The notes under the pieces are model-generated. The model saw only the letters and a list, made by a program, of their open reading frames with translations. It was not told the origin of the DNA and did no database searches. The translations under genes were made by a program, and so were the position numbers. This document shows, in pieces, positions 41,173 to 51,139 of a stretch of 64,000 bases of DNA; within the stretch, counting starts at the first letter, position 1, and every line of letters begins with the position of its first letter. Source of the DNA: Caldicoprobacterales bacterium (lineage in GTDB: Bacteria; Bacillota; Clostridia; Caldicoprobacterales; UBA3941); contig JBMNFJ010000016.1 of the NCBI GenBank assembly GCA_050949255.1, positions 642,397-706,396 on the forward strand. The letters run 5' to 3'.

Positions 41173-43428
41173 GTGAGTCAGGTTGTTACTAGAAAAGGGG
41201 GGAGCCCTTCAATAAGGGGATTTATAAACTTCTTACGGAGCACGAAGGTTTTAGGAGCCTTTTTAGCCATGGTGAATTTTATTATAATCTTCGTTGTTCT
41301 CATGGCTTCCGTACTACCTAAACAGTATTCCTTGAAAGTAGGGGATATAGTACAAACCCCTATAAGCGCGCCGTGGGACGTAGAAGACACCATTGCTACT
41401 GATGAACTTCGACAGGCTGCAAGGGATAACGTATCTCCTATATATCGATTTGATGAAGGGATAAGTGAAAGTGTTTTAGCTGAAGTTGAAGATATATTTA
41501 ATCGAATAGATGAGGCCAGAATATTAGTAGAAGAGAAGTTTACAGCTTACAAGCAGGAATTACAAGCCCAACAGGTTGATCAAGATCAAAATACAGAAGC
41601 TTCTGGAGAAGAAAGCGATGGCGAAGAAACCCATAGTTTGGTGGAGAATGTGACCGAGCCAAGTCCTGATGAGATATTAACGGATCAGTTTATCGGTGAA
41701 ATCAGAAGCAATTTTCCCATAATGCTGTCAAGAGACGAGATCCTTACCTGCCTCAATGCTGATATTGAAGAACTTCATCAATTACGTGAACATCTATTAA
41801 CTGCATTAAATGGACTTTTAGAATTGCATATTAAACAGGACAACCTATTGGAAGCAAAAAGTGCTTTAAGGGAAGAGATGATGTCTCTACCAATCTCCAA
41901 TGAGTTAAGGATCTTGGGTACTAGTATTGGCGTATCAACTCTTAGGTCCAATATGATTCTTGACGAAACCGCTACGGAAGAGGAGAGGAACCGCGCTGCT
42001 GAAAATGTTGAACCTGTTATGTATAAAAAGGGTCAATATATAGTTCAAGCAGGACAGCCAATAAGCGAACAGCAATATGCTATGTTACAGAAGTTAGGTC
42101 TGCTAAAGGAAGATAAGCTGGATTTATCTCTTGTGTTGGGTATAGGTATAATCGTTATACTGACAGAGATTGTGGTCATCCTATTTCTTTTAGCATTTGA
42201 TAAACGAGCTATAGACAATCCGGCGCATCTTTTGATGATGAGTCTTATAATTTGGATGGTCCTGGGTCTGGCCTTGTCTACAAGCCAGCTCCATCAATAC
42301 CTCATTCCTACTGCCTTGGGAGGTATGCTATTGACAATTTTAATGGGACCTCTGACTGCCGGGATTGTCAATGTGGCTTTATCCTTGTTATTTGGTGTAA
42401 TGTTTGAAAATTCTTTAAACATAATTGTAATGACCTTGATCGGAGGGATCTTGGGCATTTATATATGTGATAATGCAAAACAGCGTAATGGACTTATATG
42501 GGCAGGAATAGCGACAAGTATCGTAAATTTTGCAAGTATTTTTGCTCTGGAAATTATGTCATCCAGTGGATGGTTTGCTTCCTTGAGGACATCCCTTTGG
42601 GGTATAGGGGGTGGGCTGTTATCCGGTATTTTTTTGGTAGGGACATTGCCTATATGGGAAAACCTATTTGGGATTGTGACTCCCATTAAGCTGGTAGAAT
42701 TATCAAATCCCAACCATCCCATTTTAAAACGCATGCTTATGGAGGCACCAGGCACATATCATCATAGTATTATCGTGGCCAATCTTGCTGAGAATGCAGC
42801 AGAGGCTATAGGTGCCGATGGTCTTCTAGCCCGGGTAGGTGCCTATTACCATGATACAGGAAAGATTAAAAGGCCTTTTTATTTTAAGGAAAACCAAATA
42901 GCCATGGGGAATCCCCACGACAATTTAAACCCCTCCTTAAGCAGCCATATTATCATCTCTCATGTGAAGGATGGAATAGAGCTGGCCAGGAAGTATAAAA
43001 TACCTAAGGTTATCCAGGACTTTATTGTTCAGCACCATGGCACAACTGCAGTAGCCTATTTTTACCATAAAGCCAAGGAACAGGACAATGATGGAAATGT
43101 CCGTATTGATGACTTTAGATATCCAGGTCCAAAACCCAAAAAGAAGGAGACTGCTATAGTAATGATGGCAGATACTGTTGAGGCGGCTGTAAGGTCTATG
43201 TCAGATCCTACCCCGGAGAAGGTGGAGGCTATGATCCACAGGCTGGTAAGAAGTAAATTGGAAGATGGACAGTTAGACGATTGTCATCTGACCCTTAAAG
43301 ATCTAAACACCATTTCAAGCGCTTTTACTGGCGTGATGACTGGATTTTTCCATGATAGGGTAGAGTATCCAAAAACAGATGAAAAGCTAGAGTCTATAGG
43401 TGGCGATGCAGATTATGAATCTATATGA
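41173..43428 (+). CDS. pgpH: 7TM-HD phosphohydrolase (PgpH/YqfF-type cyclic-di-AMP phosphodiesterase)
   Basis: Extracellular domain, multiple TMs, APGTYHHS, YYHDTGK, HHGT, ADTVEAA. Confidence 0.88.
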   Translation: MSQVVTRKGGSPSIRGFINFLRSTKVLGAFLAMVNFIIIFVVLMASVLPKQYSLKVGDIVQTPISAPWDVEDTIATDELRQAARDNVSPIYRFDEGISESVLAEVEDIFNRIDEARILVEEKFTAYKQELQAQQVDQDQNTEASGEESDGEETHSLVENVTEPSPDEILTDQFIGEIRSNFPIMLSRDEILTCLNADIEELHQLREHLLTALNGLLELHIKQDNLLEAKSALREEMMSLPISNELRILGTSIGVSTLRSNMILDETATEEERNRAAENVEPVMYKKGQYIVQAGQPISEQQYAMLQKLGLLKEDKLDLSLVLGIGIIVILTEIVVILFLLAFDKRAIDNPAHLLMMSLIIWMVLGLALSTSQLHQYLIPTALGGMLLTILMGPLTAGIVNVALSLLFGVMFENSLNIIVMTLIGGILGIYICDNAKQRNGLIWAGIATSIVNFASIFALEIMSSSGWFASLRTSLWGIGGGLLSGIFLVGTLPIWENLFGIVTPIKLVELSNPNHPILKRMLMEAPGTYHHSIIVANLAENAAEAIGADGLLARVGAYYHDTGKIKRPFYFKENQIAMGNPHDNLNPSLSSHIIISHVKDGIELARKYKIPKVIQDFIVQHHGTTAVAYFYHKAKEQDNDGNVRIDDFRYPGPKPKKKETAIVMMADTVEAAVRSMSDPTPEKVEAMIHRLVRSKLEDGQLDDCHLTLKDLNTISSAFTGVMTGFFHDRVEYPKTDEKLESIGGDADYESI

Positions 43429-43933
43429 TGGAATAACGGTTGAAATCGATAACAGCCAAGATGTGATTGAGATTACAAACAGTACGGAAGACCTTATAAT
43501 AGCTTGTGTTCAAAGGACATTGGATATGGAGGAATTCGAGTTCAACACCATGGTAAGTATTATCCTTGTGGATAATGCCACAATAGAGCAGATGAATTCG
43601 CAATTTAGGGGAATTGCCATGGCTACCGATGTACTATCCTTTCCGATGTTGGAAATACAGGCCGGATGTGATGATTTGGACGAAGAAAAACTAATTAACG
43701 ATATCCACCCCGAAACCGGCTCGGTAATCTTGGGGGATATTGTTATTTCCATGGAAAAGGTACGGGATCAGGCCCTTGAATATGGTCACAGCTTTGAACG
43801 AGAACTGGGATTTTTAGTGGTTCATGGGATGCTGCACCTATTGGGTTATGACCATATAGAGGAAGAGGATATGAATATAATGCGTCCTAAAGAGGAGGCT
43901 ATACTGGAATCCCTTAATCTTACAAGGACTTAA
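43415..43933 (+). CDS. ybeY: rRNA maturation endoribonuclease YbeY
   Basis: TDVLSFP, HGMLHLLGYDH. Confidence 0.96.
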   Translation: MNLYDGITVEIDNSQDVIEITNSTEDLIIACVQRTLDMEEFEFNTMVSIILVDNATIEQMNSQFRGIAMATDVLSFPMLEIQAGCDDLDEEKLINDIHPETGSVILGDIVISMEKVRDQALEYGHSFERELGFLVVHGMLHLLGYDHIEEEDMNIMRPKEEAILESLNLTRT

Positions 43934-44033
43934 ATATGGTGTATGGGCGACAGTATAGTATAAGGTTGCGAATCTGAGAAGGAGGATGTGCATATGCCTT
44001 ACGATTTGAATCGAGGGTATTATGCCCAAGCTA

Positions 44034-44735
44034 ATGAAACGTAGAAGTTTGGTAGAAAGTTTCAACGATGCTATTGAGGGTTTGTTCCATGCTTTTAGAT
44101 CAGAAAGGAACATGAGAATACACCTTATTATAGCTCTCCTGACACTCTCAGTAGCCGTATTTTTTCAGATGTCCAGAATAGAAATAATTTTGTTGTTCAT
44201 AACCATTACTCTTGTTATTGCGGCTGAAATGTTTAATACGGCTATCGAAACTATTGTGGATATGATTAAAGAGGATTATCATCCCATGGCAAAAATCATT
44301 AAGAATGTAGCTGCAGGTGGAGTATTGATAACGGCTATAAACGCCATGGTGATAGGTTACATTTTGTTTTATGATAAGATAGATAAAATATCCCTATCCT
44401 TTATTAAACAGATTAAGACCATGCCAGTCCATATTACAGCGGCTAGTTTGATTATGGTGGTAATATCAGTCATCATTATTAAAAATATTAACAAGTCGGG
44501 GACTTTTTTAAGAGGCGGTATGCCCAGTGGTCATAGCGCTTTGGCCTTCTCTTTATTTACCTGTATAACCCTTATAAGTGCTAATGCATTGATATCTACG
44601 CTAGGGCTGTTAATGGCTCTTATAGTGCTCCATAGCCGCTATGAAACGGGAATACACACCATGTATGAGGTGGTGGTAGGTGCAATCTTAGGTGTAATAC
44701 TGACTGTTATTGCATTTCAAATAGCCACGTTATAA
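44034..44735 (+). CDS. dgkA: DgkA-type undecaprenol/diacylglycerol kinase fused to a PAP2 phosphatase domain
   Basis: ERNMRIH, EMFNTAIE, then GGMPSGHSA and SR...H. Confidence 0.9.
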   Translation: MKRRSLVESFNDAIEGLFHAFRSERNMRIHLIIALLTLSVAVFFQMSRIEIILLFITITLVIAAEMFNTAIETIVDMIKEDYHPMAKIIKNVAAGGVLITAINAMVIGYILFYDKIDKISLSFIKQIKTMPVHITAASLIMVVISVIIIKNINKSGTFLRGGMPSGHSALAFSLFTCITLISANALISTLGLLMALIVLHSRYETGIHTMYEVVVGAILGVILTVIAFQIATL

Positions 44736-44743
44736 GGAGGGCT

Positions 44744-45133
44744 ATGAATATGTATCAAAGACTTGTGGCTGAAGCTATAAAGGCTAGGAATCAAGCCTAT
44801 GCGCCTTACTCAGGTTTTAGGGTTGGAGCGGCATTATTGGGTGGCGATAAAATATATAGCGGTTGTAATATAGAGAACATCAGCTTTGGGGCGACCTGTT
44901 GTGCTGAAAGAGTTGCTATTTTTAAAGCCGTTTCCGAAGGGATCAGGGATTTAAAGGTGATAGCTGTGGCATCAGATTCACTGGGGACTACTTTCCCCTG
45001 CGGCATTTGCCTACAAGTTATGACCGAATTCAATATTAAAAAGGTAATTGTCAGTGATGGTGGCGGTGGGTACAGGGAATATACCTTGGATCAGCTTCTA
45101 CCTTTTACCTTTGACGATATAAATAGTTCTTAA
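44744..45133 (+). CDS. cdd: Cytidine deaminase
   Basis: AYAPYS, CAE, PCGIC. Confidence 0.95.
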   Translation: MNMYQRLVAEAIKARNQAYAPYSGFRVGAALLGGDKIYSGCNIENISFGATCCAERVAIFKAVSEGIRDLKVIAVASDSLGTTFPCGICLQVMTEFNIKKVIVSDGGGGYREYTLDQLLPFTFDDINSS

Positions 45134-45194
45134 GTGATCGGTTCTGGGTATAACTATAAGTATAGTATAAACCAACTTATTAAAGGGTGATAGC

Positions 45195-46088
45195 ATGGAA
45201 AATGGATTTAGATCTGGATTTGTCGCGGTGGTAGGGCGGCCTAATGTAGGGAAGTCTACCTTGTTGAATACTATAATTGGACAGAAGGTTGTCATCGTTT
45301 CGGACAAGCCTCAGACCACAAGAAATCAAATACAATGCGTTTTGACCCGTGATAGCTACCAGATAGTTTTCATCGATACACCGGGTATACATAGGGCTAA
45401 GAATAAACTGGGCGAGTATATGGTTAAGACTGCCGTAAATGCTTTTGATGAGGTAGACGTGGTACTATTGGTATTGGATATAGCCGATGGTATAAAAGGT
45501 GGAGACAAAAGGATAATGGAAATGCTCCAAGGTGTTAAAGCTCCTATAATTGTTGCTCTTAATAAGGCAGATCGGCTAACTTCAGAAGAATTAACCAATG
45601 AAATAGATAATTTTAAAACGAACTTTGAGTTTTCTAACTACCTACCGGTATCTGCTCTTCTTGGTACGAATCTGGATCAGTTGGAGAGTAGAATTTTGGA
45701 ATATATAGATGAAGGTCCTAAATACTACCCAGATGATATGATCACCGATCAGCCCGAACGGGTTATAATAGCTGAACTTATCAGAGAAAAGGCATTGGGA
45801 TTGCTAAGAGAGGAGATACCTCATGGTGTTGGAGTGGAAATCACCAGTATCAGTGAACGCCAAGATCAGCAATTAATGGATATTCATGCTACTATCTATG
45901 TAGAGAAAAAATCCCATAAAGGTATAGTTATTGGCAAAGGCGGGCGGATGCTTAAGGAAATAGGTAAAAGAGCACGAAAAGATATAGAGGGCTTATTGGG
46001 TGTTCAAGTATACTTGGAGTTGTGGATAAAGGTTACGGAAGACTGGAGGAATAGCCCTAGAGTCTTAAAAGATCTGGGTTATCAATGA
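45195..46088 (+). CDS. era: GTPase Era
   Basis: GRPNVGKST, QTTR, DTPG, IGKGG KH domain. Confidence 0.98.
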   Translation: MENGFRSGFVAVVGRPNVGKSTLLNTIIGQKVVIVSDKPQTTRNQIQCVLTRDSYQIVFIDTPGIHRAKNKLGEYMVKTAVNAFDEVDVVLLVLDIADGIKGGDKRIMEMLQGVKAPIIVALNKADRLTSEELTNEIDNFKTNFEFSNYLPVSALLGTNLDQLESRILEYIDEGPKYYPDDMITDQPERVIIAELIREKALGLLREEIPHGVGVEITSISERQDQQLMDIHATIYVEKKSHKGIVIGKGGRMLKEIGKRARKDIEGLLGVQVYLELWIKVTEDWRNSPRVLKDLGYQ

Positions 46089-46294
46089 TATTTATAGAAG
46101 CAATTTGTCGAATATTATCGATGCCGGATTATTTTTCATCGAATATAGGGCTTTCCTGATGGATAGGCTAATATAAGTCAAATACAAAACTCTAAGTGCC
46201 AAATGTTTTAACAGGTTTAATATGAATTGTTTGTTCATCGGGCTACATCCATAGAAATTGATAAAGATAAGAATATACAGGGGAGGATTGTAAG

Positions 46295-46453
46295 GTGAAG
46301 GAACTAATCTGGAATTTTTTTACGAAGACAGGTTCGATTACAACTTATTTATTATATAAAGAAATGGATAATGATGGGGTGAGGGAAAAAGATGAAAGAA
46401 ATTATAAGACATCTACCCACCAAAGGGGTGGTACTACGCTACACCAACTTTAA
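46295..46453 (+). CDS. YqzL-family small protein (52 aa, not in ORF track)
   Basis: GTG start after GGGGAGG; MKELIWNFFTKTGSITTYLLYKE matches the YqzL pattern W..F..TG.I..YL..K; located between era and recO. Confidence 0.8.
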   Translation: MKELIWNFFTKTGSITTYLLYKEMDNDGVREKDERNYKTSTHQRGGTTLHQL

Positions 46454-47162
46454 TGAGGCAGATCGTATGCTCACCTTGTTTTCTCCGGAGCTGGGTAAGA
46501 TATCGGTATTGGCAAGGGGCTGTAGAAAGGCAAAAAGCCGTTTTCTCGCGGCCACAGAATTATTCTGCTATGGCGAATACACCCTGTATCGTAGAGGTGA
46601 TTTCCATATCATGACTCAGGCAAACATTCTAGATTCTTTTTATGAAATTCGAAATGATATGGATAAGCTCTTATATGCCAGCTATGTTATAAATTTAACA
46701 GAAGAGGTGGTAAGTCCTGGACAAGGGGATATCCACCTCTTTTATCTGCTACTACAAACCCTATCCTACTTTTGCTATTCAGATTTGGAACCTGAGCTAA
46801 TAACTCATGTTTTTGAGATTAAGCTTTTGGATCACATAGGCTATCGTCCTGTATTGGATAATTGTATGATTTGCGGATCCAATAAGGGTCCTTATCATTT
46901 TGATATTGTTGAAGGTGGCCTGGTATGTACTAACTGTTTTAATGCCAATAGAATTGGTAATAATATTCAAATGGGTACTATTAAAACTATTGAATATGTT
47001 TTGGATATGGATATGAACAGGATGAATATTTTAAAGATCCCTTCATCCATAATGGAAGAGCTGGATGAAATCTTAAAGGCATATATCGAGGAGCGCATTG
47101 AAAAAAGGCTGAAGAGCCGACAGTTCATAGACGACTTCAAGGGAAGAAACAGGAAAAATTAA
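46392..47162 (+). CDS. recO: DNA repair protein RecO
   Basis: EADRMLTLF...GKI...ARG; C-terminal CxxC...GGxxCxxC. Confidence 0.95.
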   Translation: MKEIIRHLPTKGVVLRYTNFNEADRMLTLFSPELGKISVLARGCRKAKSRFLAATELFCYGEYTLYRRGDFHIMTQANILDSFYEIRNDMDKLLYASYVINLTEEVVSPGQGDIHLFYLLLQTLSYFCYSDLEPELITHVFEIKLLDHIGYRPVLDNCMICGSNKGPYHFDIVEGGLVCTNCFNANRIGNNIQMGTIKTIEYVLDMDMNRMNILKIPSSIMEELDEILKAYIEERIEKRLKSRQFIDDFKGRNRKN

Positions 47163-47208
47163 AAAAATGTAGAATATTATTGACCAAAGACTAAAAATTG
47201 TATAAGAT
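47149..47208 (+). promoter_or_regulatory. Tandem sigmaH-type and sigmaA-type promoters before ppdK
   Basis: ACAGGAAAA-N11-GTAGAAT (47149-47175) and TTGACC-N17-TAAGAT (47180-47208). Confidence 0.5.
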
Positions 47209-47288
47209 GATAGGGCCTAAAATAAATCAATAGGTGTGAATGACAAGACCCTATTTTCATATAAATACATATTAAGGAGGACGGTTGT

Positions 47289-49922
47289 ATGTCACATAAG
47301 TACGTATACCTTTTTAGTGAAGGCGATGCCACCATGAGAAACCTTTTGGGTGGCAAGGGTGCAAACTTAGCGGAAATGACAAATCTAGGCTTGCCTGTAC
47401 CCCAGGGATTTACTGTTACCACTGAGGCATGCACGAAATATTACGAAGATGGTCGGGTTATCGCACAGGAAATTGTGGACCAAATTCATAATGCCATGTC
47501 TGAACTGGAAAAGATAGTAGGTAAAAAATTTGGTGATGTTGATAATCCCTTTCTCGTTTCGGTAAGATCGGGCGCAAGAGCTTCAATGCCCGGTATGATG
47601 GATACAGTCTTGAATCTGGGATTAAACGATGACACTGTAGAAGGATTAGCAAAACTGACGGAAAATGAAAGATTTGCATATGACAGCTACCGGAGATTCA
47701 TTCAGATGTTCTCAGACGTTGTGATGGAGATCGATAAATCCCATTTCGATGAAATTATGGACAAGGTTAAGGAAGAGAACGGAATAACCGAAGATTCCGA
47801 ACTAACCGCTGAAAACTTTAAGGAAATTGTAAAGGGATTCAAGGAACTTTACAGGTCCATTAAGGGTGAAGATTTTCCCCAGGACCCCAAAAACCAATTA
47901 TTGGCAGCAGTGGAAGCAGTGTTCCGTTCTTGGGATAATCCCAGGGCTATAGTTTATAGAAGGATGAACGATATACCCAGTGATTGGGGTACCGCCGTTA
48001 ACGTTCAGGCTATGGTGTTTGGGAATATGGGTGAGGATAGCGGCACCGGTGTAGCCTTCACCAGAAACCCAGCAACAGGAGAGAATAAACTTTATGGTGA
48101 ATACTTAATAAATGCTCAAGGGGAAGATGTTGTTGCCGGTATTAGAACCCCTGAACCCATAGATAAGTTAAAAGAGGTAATGCCTGAAATCTACCATGAG
48201 TTCGCTCAAATTGCCGAAAAGTTGGAAAAACACTACAAGGATATGCAGGATATGGAATTTACCATTGAGAAGGGTAAACTATATATGCTGCAGACCAGAA
48301 GTGGCAAAAGGACCGCAGCCGCTGCTTTGAAAGTAGCTGTAGACCTGGTAGAAGAAGGACTTATAACCAAGCAGGAAGCCTTGTTGCTGGTTGATCCAAG
48401 ACAATTAGATACCCTCTTACATCCGACCTTCGAGCCTAATGCGCTGAAGGCAGCCACTCCAATAGCTAAGGGTCTCCCTGCTTCACCGGGCGCAGCGACT
48501 GGTCATATATACTTCACCGCTGAAGCTGCGGCAGAAGCAGCTAAGGCTGGCCAAAAGGTTATTTTGGTACGCCAGGAGACTTCCCCTGAGGATATTGAAG
48601 GTATGTATGCCGCCGAAGGTATACTAACTTCCCGTGGTGGAATGACATCTCATGCCGCTGTTGTTGCCAGAGGTATTGGGACATGCTGTGTAGCAGGATG
48701 TGCTGATGCCCTGATTAGTGAATCCGCTAAGAATATGATAATAGGTGGAAAAACCTATAACGAGGGTGATTTTATCTCCTTAGACGGGTCTACAGGAAAC
48801 ATATATGGTGGGGAATTACCAACTGAGGAACCTACTCTTACCGGCGATTTTGCTACATTGATGGAATGGGCTGACGAGTATAGACGGTTAGCTATTCGAA
48901 CAAATGCTGATACCCCAAGGGACGCTCAGCAGGCGCTGGATTTTGGGGCGGAAGGTATTGGACTATGCCGCACAGAGCATATGTTCTTTGAGGAGGATAG
49001 GATCCCTGCCATCCGTGAGATGATTGTGGCCAGAAGCGAAGATGAGAGAAGGAAAGCCCTTGCTAAACTCCTGCCCCTGCAGAAGTCCGATTTTAAGGCG
49101 ATATATGAAGTTATGGGCGACAGAGCTGTTACTATACGTCTCTTAGACCCACCTCTTCACGAGTTCTTACCCCATACCGATTCGGATATTAGGGCGTTGG
49201 CTACAGATATGGGCTTAACCTTTGAGGAACTCAAGTCTACCGTAGATGGGCTTCAGGAAATGAACCCCATGCTGGGGCATCGCGGCCTCCGTCTGGCAAT
49301 AACCTATCCAGAAATCGCTGAGATGCAGACCAGGGCTATTATGGAAGCTGCCGTTGAAGTAAGACAGGAAAAAGGATTCAATATACTTCCGGAAATAATG
49401 ATTCCATTGGTAGGCGAGGTCAAAGAATTAAAATTCGTTAAGGACGTAGTGGTAAAGACTGCCGAAGCCGTACTGGAGGAAAAGGGTGTAAAAATTGATT
49501 ATGAAGTGGGCACCATGATTGAAGTACCCAGAGCTGCCCTATTGGCTGACGAGATAGCCAAGGAAGCAGAGTTCTTCTCCTTTGGTACCAATGACTTAAC
49601 CCAGATGACCTTCGGGTTTTCCAGGGATGATGCATCCAAGTTCCTGGATGATTATTACGAGAAGCAGATCTTTGACAGTGATCCTTTCGCCCGTGTAGAC
49701 CAAAAGGGAGTAGGTAAACTTATGAGGATGGCAGTTGATCTTGGTAAATCCACTCGACCCGATATCAAGCTTGGAATTTGTGGTGAACACGGTGGTGACC
49801 CAAGTTCAATCGAATTCTGTCATAGTATAGGTCTTGACTATGTATCCTGCTCACCTTATCGTGTACCCATTGCACGTTTGGCAGCAGCTCAAGCCCAAAT
49901 AAAAGATGATTTAGGAAAATAA
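47289..49922 (+). CDS. ppdK: Pyruvate, phosphate dikinase
   Basis: LLGGKGANL, SMPGMMDT, GGMTSHAAVVARG, FGTNDL, CGEHGG. Confidence 0.98.
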   Translation: MSHKYVYLFSEGDATMRNLLGGKGANLAEMTNLGLPVPQGFTVTTEACTKYYEDGRVIAQEIVDQIHNAMSELEKIVGKKFGDVDNPFLVSVRSGARASMPGMMDTVLNLGLNDDTVEGLAKLTENERFAYDSYRRFIQMFSDVVMEIDKSHFDEIMDKVKEENGITEDSELTAENFKEIVKGFKELYRSIKGEDFPQDPKNQLLAAVEAVFRSWDNPRAIVYRRMNDIPSDWGTAVNVQAMVFGNMGEDSGTGVAFTRNPATGENKLYGEYLINAQGEDVVAGIRTPEPIDKLKEVMPEIYHEFAQIAEKLEKHYKDMQDMEFTIEKGKLYMLQTRSGKRTAAAALKVAVDLVEEGLITKQEALLLVDPRQLDTLLHPTFEPNALKAATPIAKGLPASPGAATGHIYFTAEAAAEAAKAGQKVILVRQETSPEDIEGMYAAEGILTSRGGMTSHAAVVARGIGTCCVAGCADALISESAKNMIIGGKTYNEGDFISLDGSTGNIYGGELPTEEPTLTGDFATLMEWADEYRRLAIRTNADTPRDAQQALDFGAEGIGLCRTEHMFFEEDRIPAIREMIVARSEDERRKALAKLLPLQKSDFKAIYEVMGDRAVTIRLLDPPLHEFLPHTDSDIRALATDMGLTFEELKSTVDGLQEMNPMLGHRGLRLAITYPEIAEMQTRAIMEAAVEVRQEKGFNILPEIMIPLVGEVKELKFVKDVVVKTAEAVLEEKGVKIDYEVGTMIEVPRAALLADEIAKEAEFFSFGTNDLTQMTFGFSRDDASKFLDDYYEKQIFDSDPFARVDQKGVGKLMRMAVDLGKSTRPDIKLGICGEHGGDPSSIEFCHSIGLDYVSCSPYRVPIARLAAAQAQIKDDLGK

Positions 49923-49929
49923 ATAATCT

Positions 49930-49973
49930 AAATAATAAACCCTGTGATCTTTTGGTTACAGGGTTTATTATTT
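49930..49973. terminator. Bidirectional terminator
   Basis: AAATAATAAACCCTGT...ACAGGGTTTATTATTT between convergent genes. Confidence 0.9.
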
Positions 49974-50011
49974 GTCATAACTGTTGAATGCTAACAGTCC
50001 AATCTAACAGC

Positions 50012-51031
50012 TTATAAAACCGCCAATATTACGATTAAAATGGAAAATCCAATTAATCCAAATATGGGGTAGATCAAGCTTATAAGTTTAGAGAATCCCA
50101 ACTTGGCAAGGGGAATGGAGGCTATACAAAAGATTGCAGCTATGGACACCTTATGACGGCTGTTAGAAAATCTACTCACAAAACTGGTACCGTTAGCTAT
50201 AGCTGTCGTAAATATTGCAATCCATAGGATGACGGCATAGAGTTTTCTGTAATTGCTGCCTATATAATTGGAGATTTTCAGCATTGGTATATCCATTGTA
50301 GCAACTTCAGGGTAATATAATAGAATAACCGATAATATCGATAAACTCAGGATATACAATATAAAACCACCAATTACACCTCCAAGTATGACAGTCTTCT
50401 TATTGCCAATTAAAGGTAGCAGTGATGAAAAGACAGTAATTATGATTAAGGAATTAGAGCCTACATACAAAAGTGAGGAGGTAAAAAAATTTCCTTTATG
50501 GGTCAAACTAATTCCTACATCATAATCATGAAAATTAAACCCCACGCTTATGATTAGGTAAATAGACGTAAATAAAATACCCAAGATTAGTAATGGAACT
50601 AATATGGAGTTAATAAAAGAAAAACCCTTGAGATTGAACAGGAAAACCACAAATGATAAAGCTACCATTGTAATTATTCCCAAATCAAAGGGCATTTTCA
50701 ATTCCTCTTTAAATATAGCCCCACTTCCGGACACCATTACGCTAAAACCAGTATATAGTGAGATTGCTATAATGACATCTAAAGCTGCACCAAATGCCCC
50801 ACCAAATACTCTCCCAACCAGATCATTATATCCTTTTATCCTATATTTATATATTTTGAGAAGGAACAGCCCACCTAGGAGGGAGAATAGAAACCCCGAT
50901 ATTGTTATCCCAATAATTCCTTTCAAACCATATACACCAAAAAATTCGATTATTTCCCTCCCTGAGGCAAAGCCTGCTCCTATTACAGTACCCACATATA
51001 TAAAAGAGATTTTCATCCAGTTTTTGTCCAT
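50012..51031 (-). CDS. YkvI-family membrane protein
   Basis: YVGTVIGAGFASGREI..FF, AIFTTA, YPIFG; about 10 TMs; ATG 51031 with SD GGAGGA. Confidence 0.88.
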   Translation of the reverse strand: MDKNWMKISFIYVGTVIGAGFASGREIIEFFGVYGLKGIIGITISGFLFSLLGGLFLLKIYKYRIKGYNDLVGRVFGGAFGAALDVIIAISLYTGFSVMVSGSGAIFKEELKMPFDLGIITMVALSFVVFLFNLKGFSFINSILVPLLILGILFTSIYLIISVGFNFHDYDVGISLTHKGNFFTSSLLYVGSNSLIIITVFSSLLPLIGNKKTVILGGVIGGFILYILSLSILSVILLYYPEVATMDIPMLKISNYIGSNYRKLYAVILWIAIFTTAIANGTSFVSRFSNSRHKVSIAAIFCIASIPLAKLGFSKLISLIYPIFGLIGFSILIVILAVL

Positions 51032-51139
51032 CAAGTATCCTCCCATACACCAAAATTTTAGTGGGGAGGTTTGTCTTCTGACCTTCACCCCCCAAAAACC
51101 CTCGATAGAATGTAAAGACCATCCATAGGGCTAGTAGGG

